From the NCBI GenBank assembly GCA_965153285.1, contig OZ229115.1: DNA of 64,000 nucleotides. One strand, written 5' to 3'. Under the pieces are notes generated by a model. That model was given only the letters and a program-made list of their open reading frames with translations. It was not told the origin of the DNA and made no database searches. Position numbers and translations under genes: made by a program. This document shows positions 38,373 through 50,805 of this stretch, one piece after another. Source of the stretch: Podarcis tiliguerta (taxonomy: Eukaryota). The first letter of the stretch is position 1; each line of letters starts with the position of its first letter.

Positions 38373-39224
38373 TAGGTAGACTGGTAGAGATTACTAAAAA
38401 TGTAAAATGTCTGTTATAAATGACTGCACAGTTAGGTGTGTTATGGCTCTTCAAAAAAAAAGAAGTGCATCTAAGTTCCTAGAACATTCAGAAGTTGTGA
38501 TGTGAAAATGGGTTTATGGTTGTTGTGTACAAATAGAATGAAGCAAAATAAATGAGTTAATAAAATAATAACAGTGGTTGCTGAAAACTGCAGATTTGTT
38601 TCTCCTTTCCTTCCCCCTCCCCTGCTCTTGCTTGGAAACAGGTTCTAATTAAGGCACCGTTTGTTAGATGAGTTTATTTTCCAATTCCCGAGCCAAAAGA
38701 CGAGAGAGAGAGAGAGAGATGTTACTTCATGGAAAGTGAGGAATAGCAAAAACTTTTCTGACTAGAATCCAATATACCTCTCCTCCCTCCTCTTCTTCCA
38801 GTTTCTATAACCTCTTCGGCAGTGGTTTTGGAGGCTGTTAATTTAACATGATGGAACAGCAAAGGAAACAGAAAGCCATCAATGTTTGAAGCAACTATGT
38901 AGTGTGCATAAATGTTTGTGTTCCCTGACAGTGGTTCTATCTCCCTATTCATGTGGTAAGCAAACCTCAGATTGGGACCTAATCCCAGCTGTGTAAATCA
39001 AAGTGATTTGCTGAAGTGAGTTTATGACCTCAGTTCCTCCTTCAGCTAATTTCCTGAATTTTCCAAATGATCAGATTGGAAGCGGCACTCCTTAAACCAC
39101 TTGTTTCTGGTTAGCCTGGCACCCTGCATCTCTACACCAGCATCTCCACTGCACCAATACTTCTTCACACCCTTGGGTGCTACCTCACAACTGGGGCTTC
39201 ACTCCTTTCAATAGCAACTAGCCC

Positions 39225-39240
39225 CCACCAGAGGGCACTA
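39225..39240 (+). promoter_or_regulatory. CTCF core motif
   Basis: CCACCAGAGGGCACTA, near-perfect consensus. Confidence 0.65.
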
Positions 39241-42200
39241 TGTCGACTCAAGAAAATATCCTGTTTTGTTTCCACTCAAATTCTCCCTGCCAATGGTACC
39301 TTAAAGGCGATCCTTTGTCTGGCCTATCATATGAATGGGAAAGTGTGTACTGAAACAGCACAATGTGTTGCTGGTAGAAGGGTGGATTTTAGTGGAGTGG
39401 GACAGAGTTGACATGGTCAGGCTCAACTTAGAGATGCCCTGGGCTGAACTGGTTTTGTCACTCTAACAAAATAAGGCCTTTTCCCCTCCATCCACCCAAA
39501 ATACAGACTGGCATAGCTTTGACACAGCAGGCTACACCTGAACCATGGCAACTTTTCAGGCCTGCCTTGGCACAGAAGATGGGGAACTGGGCAACGCTTG
39601 ACAGCCAACTGGAACGCAAACTGCTTATATTGCGATTTTTGCCTGGGGGAAAGGCCTGTGTTTTAACTAAATAGCAAATGGGGAGTTTGGTGGGAGGCAG
39701 TGCTGCAGATTAGTTCCAGATGTCCCCAGTGACGTATGGATATGTGTGTGTGTCTCTTCTCTTGTTGCATTTCCTTAGCAGCTGTGGCTTGACATTGCTT
39801 TCAGTCCAAAGCCAACATCCGTCTGGAGGGGCTTTGGGTATCTCATTCCTTTGCCTGGTTACTTGCAGCACAGAAGTCCCATAGTAGTTCCTCTCCATCT
39901 TTCTCCTTTCTCTCTCCTCTCTTCCTGCTCTCTCTCTCTCCCACCCTCACCCCCACCTCTTACTGCTGGCATCACTACAAGTCTCATTTCCTGCTTGCCA
40001 GAACGAAAGTCAAAACTATTCAGGATGCGAATGGAGGGTGTGTGTGTAGCTTTTACTGGCCCACCCTGAGGAGGCTCCCTGTCCACACCCACTGCGTGCC
40101 GGGCAGCTTTATATATACAGGTGCAAAGTCTTCCCAGAATGCCGAGTGGCTGCCAAGAGTGCTGTGGAAAATAGTACCAACAATTCTCCTTCTGTAAAGG
40201 AGGGAAGACAGAGAGGCTGGGAGCCTAAAGATCAGAAGATGGTGGGCTAGGTCTGGCTTGAAACCAATAGGTCTCCATGGCTTTCTCTGGCCTCTAGTGC
40301 TTGGGGGCTAAGGAGAGAACATTCATGTTTTATTATGGACTTGAAGGATGAACCTTAAATTATTTTGTGGGCTCCCACCCCACTGCCATCCCAAAGCATT
40401 ATATTGTCACAGACCACAGTGTAACCACAATAAACTGAGAATACCAGTGACTGGAATGTTACGAGGATACAGCAGTGTTGCTGTTTGTATGATGCTGTAT
40501 TGCCCTAGATTGAGGTGGCTGAATAAGCTGTTTGTAAATTATGCTTAATGCTGCCAGAGATTTTTTGTAGGCTGGATGTTTGCTTTGCAACAAATGGTTG
40601 GCTGGGGATTAGTTGTGTTATCTGTATGGGTGGCGGGAATGTTTGAGAGTAAGGTTTGTGTGTTGAAGATGGCTAAGAATGCATTTGTAGCAGGGTATGG
40701 TGTGTGTGTGCACGCGTACACAACTTCTATTTCATTAATTTTGTTTCTAATGATACTGTTTCTGTGAAGTTTTTTAAAATTATTATTATCTATTTTTTAT
40801 GTTTAAAATAACATTTTGTTATCCCATTAACCATTCTGCTTTAATAGAGTATTTTCTATTTGACCTTCATTTTTCATGTTTTGATATTTTTAAATATTCT
40901 GTTTGATGTTTTAAGATAGATTGGAAACTGCTTTGAGCTGTTTTTTAAATATAAAGTGAAATAGAAATGAATTAAATAAATAAAAATAATTTTGTTGAAC
41001 AGGGAAGGGGGGGGGGAGGAGACAGAGATTCCATATTTGTTGAAAGGATTCTATGCTAATGATTTATTCTCTCTGTACTCGAAAGCCAGTCTTGCAGTGG
41101 ACAGTGTTAGGTGCCTGTGGGCTTCCTCCTAAGAAAAATGGCCCCATCATTTCAAAATGGGGGAGGAGGGCATTGACAGGTTTTTTTAGAACTTCAGGCA
41201 CTGGTCTGTGACTTGCCTTAGTACACTCTTCCCCATCTGATACCTTCTAGACATGCATCTGGGTGGGAGAAGGCTGGGGAAGTGCTGATTGAGGCTGATG
41301 GGAGCTGTATCTTGAGCCAAGAAAGATTTATCTTTTCTAGGAATATGGGGTGGTGGGAGGCATGGAAGCCCTGGATGACTCACAGAAGGAATGAAAGGAG
41401 CTCAACTCTCCAGACACCATGGATTCAAAGCACAGTAGAAGTAGAAAATTCTACATGAGAAGGAACAGCACATGTGGAATATTATTCTCTTTGCCTGCCC
41501 CCGCCCTGCAACAGTGTAGGACACTTGAGGAATATAGGAATATGGTTTGGTTGGTTGGTTGGTTGGTTGGCTGGTGGCTTTCTAGACATTTTCCTTTCCT
41601 TCTTTTCCCTGCCATTGGAATCAACATTTGTTGATCTTCACTCAACTCCACAACCCAGAGGCAGCAGAGCTTTTCTTTTCTTTCTTTTCTGGCTCTTTTA
41701 ATAACTTTCGGATCAGAAAAATTGTGAGGGGGGAGAGGGTTTTTTTTATTGTAAAAAAACAACTCGTCCCATAGCACCATAAACCAGATCCAAATTGAAT
41801 CTCCAGTAAACCACCTGGCCTCTTAGTTGGAATAGCAGCTGTACTAGAGTGAGCCCTTATTTATCAATGGGTTTATAGGACATGCATAAATTCTATCCTG
41901 TGTAGTTACTTCCATCAGAAATCACAGTACAATGCTCATCTCAGATAAGTTAAAGCATCAGAGGCATTCTCCTGGACTTGCTCATTGAGAATGCATTGTC
42001 CTCCTTGTGTATATCAAAATAACCTTCAGTTTTGAACCTGTTGTGCAGAAACAGGGAAGTTTTGAGACTGGGAGGATGCGTGTGTGTGTGTGTGTATCCC
42101 GCCCTTTTCCCAATCATTAAAACAACAAATCCAGCTCAAAGTTGGGAGTAGATTAAACAATAAAGCAATAAAGAATCATAAAACATAAGTGACAGTGATT

Positions 42201-43049
42201 ACAAAATTATATTGTGAGATTAGAATGACTAAAAGCTTGAGTAAATAACCAGGTTTTAACCTGATGGCTGCATGCCAATGAAGATGATGCCAGGCAGATC
42301 TCAGAGGGAGGGTGTTCCACAAGTGGGAGCTTTTCTTAGTTTTGCTGCTGTTTTATTGTGCCCTCTCAACAGGAGAAAAACTATGTGAGTTTGGGACTAT
42401 GTCTACCTCAGTGCCCCTTCATTGCATTGTCATTAATTTTTTTGTAGAATGTCCATTTTACAGTTGGGAAAAAGAGGAAAGAAGCAGAGAGCTGTTGATT
42501 TGCCCTTGTCAGCATTGTTGCATTGAGTATAGATAACCAGTGATGGCAAATATAAAGAAAAGTATTGATGTAGCTTTGGTAGTGAGTGAAGAAGCACATG
42601 TATAACATCAGTTTCTTATACTGAAAATATTACTGTACAGATTTCCTTGAGAAAGTGGTGTATGGGACCTGCTAACTTGGATGCTTTGTCTGACACCAGC
42701 CCCCAGATGAATCTCTCTTGCTGCAGAATTATTTCCAGCATTTCCTTGCACACTGTTTCTCCATAAGGAAGAAGACTGCCTGTGAAATGCTACCCCTGAA
42801 CTTTGAGCTACAATACAAGTGAGTCTGGTTAATAATTGCAGCCCAAAATAGGCAAAGCACCTAAAATACTCAGAATACCCCTTAAGTGCCAATGAAGAGC
42901 TCAGTCACAATTTCAGAAAAATATTGGAATGGCAATTCTTTTCTCGCCCCATATTTTACTTCCAAGGTGGAAACTGTTGGAGTATATTGCAACAGAGTGA
43001 AGAAATAGCCTGAGACTGCTGGTTAAAATAATAAAAAGTAAGGTTTATT

Positions 43050-43592
43050 TTTATATGCCTGTTGTATTTGTCCATGGAGTTTTCTTAGCAGGGACACTGG
43101 AGTGGCTTGCCAGTTCCTGCTCCAGGTGGATCATGTTTAGTCAAAACTCTCCACTATGACCTATCCATCTTGGGTGGCATAGCTCATAGCTTCTCTGAGT
43201 TGTTCAAGCCCCTTCGCCACAACAAGGCTGAAGAATTGATGCTTTGGAATTATGGTGCTGGAGGAGACTCTTGACTGCAAGAATATCAAATTTCTGAAGG
43301 AAATCAGCCCTGAGTGTTCACTAGAAGGACAGATCCTGAAGCTGAGGCTCCAATACTTCGGCCGCATCATGAGAAGAGAAGCCTCCCTGGAAAAGACCCT
43401 GATGCTGGGAAAGATTGAGGGCACAAGGAGAAGGGGACGACAGAGGACGAGATGGCTGGACAGTGTTCTCGAAGCTACCAGCATGAGTTTGACCAAACTG
43501 CGGGAGGCAGTGGAAGACAGGAGTGCCTGGTGTGCTCTGGTCCATGGGGTCACAAAGAGTCGGACATGACTAAACGACTAAACAACAACAAC
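43050..43592 (+). mobile_element. Rearranged BovB LINE (inverted 5' segment plus sense 3' end)
   Basis: 43228-43592 encodes ...KEISPECSLEGQILKLRLQYFGRIMRREASLEKTLMLGKIEGTRRRGRQRTRWLD... plus (CAA)n; 43057-43227 is the reverse complement of the BovB 5' region; 10-bp TSD aaggtttatt at 43040-43049 and 43593-43602. Confidence 0.9.
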
Positions 43593-45243
43593 AAGGTTTA
43601 TTACTCTTGACAAACAAAGCTATTCTGAATTTAGGTTTACATGTAGTCATTGGGGAGTCATCGGGTTCAGAGAACCAGCACTAACACTGAAGGAGGCGAA
43701 GAAACAACAGAAACAACCTTGGTACTGTCCAAACTCCTGCAGTTAATTAATGGCAAGAACAAGCATCAGTTCTTGCTTGTTTGGGAATATGAGCATTGGG
43801 TGGAATTTGGCATCACACCAATACAATAGTTGTGTCAGTGCAAGCATTTCTACTTGCCAGATGAAATGATGGGCATTTCCATTTGCTGCTCTGGGAGTTC
43901 TCAGAGTGGATTTGCTGGAGGTGCAGGGAGGAAAGTCCTGTTGCACTAGCAGCAGTCTTGCATTGGCTACCAGTAACGCACCAGGGTGGTTGAATGTGGA
44001 CCACTGCGTGATGGGTGGGCTCTATAAGGGCGAGTGAGAAAGTTTTATTTGTATATAAAACGATGAGAAAGAATCTCTAAGGCTGCAATCCTGTACCCAC
44101 TTACCTGGGAGTAAGTCCTTTTGAATTCAGTGGGGCTTATTTATGAGTAGTTGTATATTGGATTGGATTGCTAGTCAGGTGCTGGTAGGCTTCAGGCTTG
44201 TGGGATCTGCTAGAACACCAAGTTCTACCAAACAGAAACACAAGCAATCTGGTGGCTTGCGTTGGAGCCAATTGACTCACAAAATGTAGACTGGAATGAC
44301 CCGTTTATACAGGTACAGATCTACATATCAGTTTATTTCTAATTTAGGGAGGAAAAGCCTTCTGTTAAACAACAGAGTTGGAAGTCCATGCTAATCTAAC
44401 TACAGATCGACCTGCCCATTCCTGACAGTGCCACCTTTGGGCAGCCTTTGAGTTATGATAATGCATATTTTCCTCACCAGCTTCAGAAAAGGGAAGTTGT
44501 GTGAGAGCGCTTTACCGTGAGGTCAAAGCAATTTGCCTGTCTTTTCTTTTTTCACATTCAAGCTCGAAATCATAGAAAATGATGGGATTTTTGTTGTTGT
44601 CTTTAATAAATAAAAGCAAGTTATTCTCTCTGATGACGGATGAAAAGGTGACAGGCTGTCTCCCTGGATGCTGTTGCAGCTTCCCAAAATAACTCCAATC
44701 CTCAGCTAAATGAATGCTGCTAGACAACTCATGGAAAGTGTGTTGGCATTGGCTGAACCCGCCACTCGCAAGAAGTGGCTGCTTCATCTCCCAAGTGTTG
44801 CTGCCCAGTTGTGCTATTTTTAAAACAGGGAAAGCTCCTATCTGTGAATGGGACAATAGGTGCAGCTGAAGGAGATGAGGGTGAGGGCCTCTGTGTGGGT
44901 TTCACTTTCTTTTAATAACGTGTGAAACAAACCCCCCACTTGGTTACAAAGCCTGGATACCAGGCAGCCCTGCTGCATCATCCAGAATCAGAATGCTAAC
45001 AGCAGCAACCCACAGCATCCTCCCTGGTTTCTTTGGAATCATGCCCATGTCAGTGCACAGAGGCTGCCGTGGGTGCCTTGCTTAATCAGAGCAAAAGATA
45101 TTGGTGGCAAAGTGGAACAGAAATTTTAGGTAACAAATTCCAATAGCCCCGATAGGAGGGAGCGGGAAGTGTGTGTAGAGGAGATGAGTTGTAGAAAAGT
45201 TTGAAAATAAATGAAATATGAAATCAGCAAAATTGTGTATTAA

Positions 45244-45277
<34 letters not shown>

Positions 45278-45281
45278 ACGC
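45244..45281. repeat. (TG)n(CG)n alternating purine-pyrimidine tract
   Basis: gtgtgtg...tgtgcgcgcgcgcacgcacgc. Confidence 0.95.
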
Positions 45282-45633
45282 TGAACTTGCAACTGAGCTG
45301 TACCATCACACGATCAAATTTGGACTTGTGTCTGAATGGAGAGCCTGTCTAAATGTGCATTTATTAAACCTGCTTTCCTGCTATATCTCACAGGCTGTGG
45401 GGATCATGAGAGAGATATTTTTTCAATGAACAAGATACAAGTGTGTTATTGCTTAATGGGAAAGTTTAGGGATTACTTAAACTGAAAACATGTGACCTCC
45501 CCATGGCGGACAAGCTCTTCTTACTTCTTGCCAACTTCCCCTTGGCTCTTTGCTTCCTCCACCTCTGATGCTATTGGGTAACTTGCTCTGATGGCATGGA
45601 TAGCGCTTGGCACATTGAGGTGTAATGGCTCAA

Positions 45634-45786
45634 CAAGGAGCCAATACCAGCTGTGGCCTCTTAGGTCAACAATGAAGGCATGAGTTTAAATCCCAGGCCA
45701 TAGGGAAAGACTAATTTTTGTTGGTGGGATTTAAACTCATGCCTCCATTTTTGGCCTAAGAAGCCACATCTGGCATTGGTTCCTTG
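45634..45786. repeat. Inverted repeat, 62-bp arms with 29-nt spacer
   Basis: 45634-45695 versus reverse complement of 45725-45786: 7 mismatches by manual alignment, no gaps. Confidence 0.9.
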
Positions 45787-46233
45787 ATGACTCTCTTCTT
45801 AGGAAGGCTGATGGCCAGGTCCTCTTCCCACTTTGAACAGCAGGTAGGGAGCAGCACTTTTGAATCTACGTACGTCCCTTCCTGCACTTATAGTGATAGC
45901 TGTGATGCTTTTGGGCTTCATGTACGGAAGAGCTGGGAGGAACTGTCAGGACAATTTGTGAAATTCTTTTCCTTCCTTGGAAGTTGCATGTAGGAGGGTT
46001 AAAGGCACAATAAGATTTCCATGTGCCCTTAAGTGTATTTCTTAACCAATTATTTATTGATGAGCAGAAACATCTTTTGAAGCCGCATCTAGGGGTTACA
46101 TAACACCATCAGCAGATCACTTGCTAAAGAATTGCTATCACGCAACAGACTTTGGCTCTGTCATCTCTAGAGTCTTTGTTTCTCTTATTTACCAGTTAGG
46201 CAAATTGGATAAAGGAGGTGCTATGTGTTAGAA

Positions 46234-46587
46234 TGGAACACGGGTGGCGCTGTGGGTTAAACCACAGAGCCTAGGACTTGCCGATCAGAAGGTTGGTGGT
46301 TCGAATCCTTGTGACGGGGTGAGCTCCCGTTGCTCGGTCCCAGCTCCTGCCCACCTAGCAGTTCGAAAGCACGTCAAAGTGACAGTATATAAATAGGTAC
46401 CGCTCCGGCGGGAAGGTAAATGGCATTTCCATGTGCTGTTCTGGTTCACCAGAAGCAGCTTAGTCATGCTGGCCACATTACCCGGAAGCTGTACTCCGGC
46501 TCCCTCGGCCAATAAAGCGAGATAAGCGCCGCAACCCCAGAGTCGGCCACGACTGGACCTAATGGTCAGGGGTCACGTTACCTTTAC
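46234..46587 (+). mobile_element. Full-length Sauria SINE (Podarcis POM-type)
   Basis: cgggtggcgctgtgggttaaaccacagagcctaggacttgccgatcagaagg...gagtcggccacgactggacctaatggtcagggg...acctttacc; 13-bp TSD ctatgtgttagaa at 46221-46233 and 46588-46600. Confidence 0.95.
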
Positions 46588-47202
46588 CTATGTGTTAGAA
46601 AAGCCACATCAGGCTTCATGGGCATTTCTAAGGAAGTGAAGGAGCTGTGTCCCTAATTCTTATAGAATCATTGATAAAAGTATTTTTAACACAAGTATGT
46701 AAGAATTGTCAGAGGACCCACCACTCTCACAAGATTTTTTTTACTGTTGTGTTTTTGCAAATGAAGAAATGAATCTAAGAGAAAGTGACTTCTAAATTTT
46801 TCAGTTGATTCAAGTTTCCATTTTAGAACAAGGACAGACAGTTCCAGTCACAGTATATATACCCTATATGCTTATGGTATAAATAGCCCTTGAAATTGTG
46901 AATGAACTCAGTAAAACCAAGAGGAGCAAGAGCAACCTTTCATGTGCTGCTAACACTTGCCTGAAACAATAACAATGGGCTGTTTACAGTACTTGAAATA
47001 ATCACAACTAACATGGGACAAAATAGTTGATAAAGGACCACAGGATGCCAGCTCCTTATCACAAGTCCAGTGAATTTTGCTTATCCTGGGTAATTGGGCA
47101 ACATTTCCCCTGCAAGTATGGGTTGCTAGTAGTGAACTGAGTAGAGGCATAGATGTATTTGTTTTGTAGTTATGGAGGTGGCTACAAGATGAGGCACTGG
47201 CC

Positions 47203-47585
47203 TGGCTTGTACATATTGCTAAGCCATGGTTTGTTTACCCCCAACCATGGTTTATTTGACTGCACAAATGCAGCCCAGCAGACTAACCATGTTTTCCCTC
47301 CCGCCAACAATCCACAATATTAAGACATGGCTAGCTGTTGACTTACAAACCATGGTTTGTTTGGTATTTTGACTAAGCCCAACAACCTTGCTTAACTAAG
47401 TTGCTTTGGCATCCCACCCAGATGCTTGTCAAGGTACAAAGGTACAAGGCAAGAGCAGATGGAAAGCAAACCAAGCTTTAAGGAAACAAATCATTGCTAG
47501 TTTGCTTGTCTGTGAAACAACCTGTGATTTGTTGAACAAGCCATGTTTGCAACAAACCATGGCTTAGCATTTTGTGTGAATGGAG
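47203..47585. mobile_element. Non-autonomous DNA transposon (PIF/Harbinger-like)
   Basis: Perfect 19-bp subterminal IR tgctaagccatggtttgtt (47217-47235) / aacaaaccatggcttagca (47551-47569); internal aaccatggtt palindromes. Confidence 0.6.
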
Positions 47586-50500
47586 CTCTCTGAACTAGCA
47601 GAGGCTGCTAGACCTGATGGATTAAGAGTCTTATTTACTGGCAAGATACCTCAGGAATTCTGCCAGTGATGTTTGACCACTGCAGGGACAGGATTAGGTT
47701 TCAGATGGGAACGGAAGTACAAGTGAGCAAACCCCAGGGTTTCATGCTCCTGCATTATGTCCAAATAGGAACTGCCTGAATATAAACTCAATCAGAACTG
47801 GTTGGTTAGTTCTTCCTTTAGAGGATTCTCTCGTGCTTCAGGTTCAAGGTAGCAGAGAGATTTTAATTTGGAGTTTTGGGGATGGGGTCAGGTTCAATTT
47901 AGTTCAACTTTTTGCATTTGTCGTCCTAACATGTTAAAACTCCTTCAGTTTTGCTTCTATCTGCCATAGTTAGTCTTTTAGAGATTTTAAGAAGCCAAAG
48001 TGGAAAAAGCACCAGGTCTTTGCCCTTTCTGTGAGAAGACATCTGAAGCATGCGTCATTTTGGAGTGTGACAGTATGCATGGAAATTTCCAAACACCACC
48101 CTCTCTTTGCCCCCCCTCCCCATTTCCCCTGCAGTGCTTTCATAACTCAGCTGTCAAAGCCCTGAATATTATTAGTCAATTAGTGACTGACACATTTCCT
48201 GTAATGCTACCTCATTAGTCAGTCCAGGGAACCAGTGCAAAGGACCCAGCTAAAAGTATACCAAATGCCTAGGTTTTTGTGAGGAAGGGGCATGGAAGAC
48301 TCAAAGAGCATGGTGGACATTTTTTTTATCCATCCTAGGCAAGTGTGAAAACCTGTGTTCTAAACCTTAAGTTTAACTTGCTAGTGCTAAGGGGAATGTA
48401 TTATGGGGGACACTGGCAATATTTTCTTGCCTAGCTTCCAGCAAGGTTAAAGCAGAAGGACATTTGTCAAGGGCCACCACAAAGGATACTTGATTTTGAT
48501 CAGTGGAAGGCTATAAATTTAATGCAACCAAGCACCCATGTGAACACAAGTACTCCTATCCATTTTATGAAATGGATCCAAATAAATAAGGGGGAAGAGG
48601 GAAAAGCCTTGTGATGTTTGGAACATCCAAAAAATCCCCCCAGACAAGGGGAACAAGTGAACAAGTGAAGTAATAGTAAATTGCATAAAATCAGTTTCCA
48701 AGACTGATCAATTTTTTGCACTGTTGAAAGTCGAAAGTTGGTACCTCTTTAATATTCCCACAAAAATGAACTGGAAGTGTGAGCACTAAACTGGGACAAT
48801 CCGTGACAGACCATGGAATTAGGGATGGATTGCACAAGTTCAGCCATTAGTCACAGTCTCTGTCATGGCAGGATTGGGTGATGCAGTTTCAGGTGTGAAA
48901 AGAGGTTTGGGAACGGCAGGGGTGGTCCTAAATGCAGTTATTTACTTGCTTCCATAGAAATTGGTGACAAGCATTCTCTTGCATGGGAGAAATTAAAGGG
49001 GTACACTCGGACCTAGTGCTGGGGTAAAGACCAAGCCTATCTCTGTTTTGGCCTCCCTCAAATTATAGATTCTGGACTTTATCACAGGGAACTCTCTGGG
49101 AGCCACTGAGGGAACTTCCAGATCGGCACTAGTTTTGATTTGGATTCAATCACTTAGCGGCAAATGCATTTTGCACAATTGTAGTGGATTTGGACATCTT
49201 GTGGAACAAACTGCTTCCTCCATAGATTGGAGTTTTTGCATTAAGGAAAGTGACAGGGACATGCACTGAAAAGTGTGGAATAACACTTAGTTTGACACAA
49301 CTTCATGTAACCTGCCTGCAAACAAATCGGGATGAACGGATTGTCTGGGTGTGACTGGAGATGCTGATTCTGCCTTTGTTGTACAGATAGCCCATTCTGT
49401 GTTCTACTTCTTGGTTATGCTAGGCTGTAATGTGATGAAACCCAAGGCATGGAATATGGGGCATTAGCGAAGGGAGATGAAGAGAGGGAGGCCTAGCTTG
49501 AAGCAGCAGTGGGCTGAAGGTTGCAACTGAAAGACACTGCTGAAAAGGACTCTTACTGCACTAGGACCACAATATAAACACCTCACTTAGGTTTGAGTGG
49601 GTCTTCAGAATGAGATCCTTTACTGCATCTCTCCCACTCACAGCATCTTGGCATGCAGAGGACAATGTCAACAGTGGTGGCAGCGCTCTTTTGCTGAGTG
49701 CCAACTTCCAAGCAGCTGCTATTGCAATTGTGCACAATGCTCCAAAGCAGTGAAGCGTCACTGTGGGACATTGTGGGCAATTATAATGGCAGCCACCCAG
49801 CATCCATCAGAATGCCAGGAAAGGTTCCCTGGGGTAGCAGTGTTGGCAATGATGAGCCTTTGGTACTTGTCCAAGGAAAGAATGTCACCTCCTGTTGCCA
49901 GGCATAACCAAACTTTTTTGCGTACAGAAACACAGCAATGGAGGGACCTGGCCCTTCAAGGACTATTACTGGCTCCACCCCGAGCATGCAGCTTCCACTT
50001 TTCTTTTTTTAAAAGTCAAATATAAGGTAAAGTGTGCAAGCAGTGTTCTTCATGATTGCAGAAGGATAGCTGCTCTCCTGCCTGCCTGTGTTCTGGCCAA
50101 TGAGTACAAATTTGCTGGGATAATAAGAAAACGACTAAGCATTGTTTTGAAAGTATAGTTTTACACTATCTACCATTCAACATACAATGTAACTTAATAA
50201 TTTTAAACATATTGGGCTTTGTAAGCAGGCTTTGGCTCTTTTGTATTGATAAAATCACCAACATCATGTACTCATGGGACCCCTCTGCACTGGAGCAGGA
50301 ATGTAGACACTCACAGCTCTGGTACTTTTTTTGCAGCAGGAGCAGTAGTGTTGTCTGCAGCAGCTGCATTTGCCAGTGTTGCAAGTCTGGAGTGGGGTAG
50401 GTTGATTGTAATACAATATAGGACATCCTGTATTCATTAATTTATCTGGCAACCGCCTTTCCTGTGCTAACACAATTATCCTGATATTGATTATAAACAG

Positions 50501-50680
50501 TCCATAAAGAGCCTTACTAGCATGTGTATTACACGGAACGTTAATTGTACTACTGCTACTTCTACTACTACTCATAATAATGTGGTTTACATTTATATTC
50601 CACCTTACTTCCATTGATGGCACACCTGGTTGTGGATTCCTCTATTTTATCACTATCACCATCATCATCATCATCATCAT

Positions 50681-50805
50681 CATAACCCTGTGAGCAAGGT
50701 TGGGCCTAGGGCTGGCTGTGACTGACCAGTGAACTGACTGATCAGGGCTATAAACCAAAATCTCCCCAGCCAAAGTCCAACATGTGAACCACTACACTAC
50801 TGTCT
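50681..50805 (-). mobile_element. MIR/CORE-like SINE remnant
   Basis: aaccctgtgag...ggttggg...gtgactg...agtccaaca..aaccactacac, adjacent to (CAT)n tract. Confidence 0.5.

Noticed and set aside
43161-43569. ORFs of 130, 105 and 74 aa as host genes
   Set aside because: Sense and antisense readings of a truncated BovB ORF end
49597-50025. 142-aa Cys-rich ORF
   Set aside because: Non-ATG start, no recognisable Cys spacing pattern or splice context
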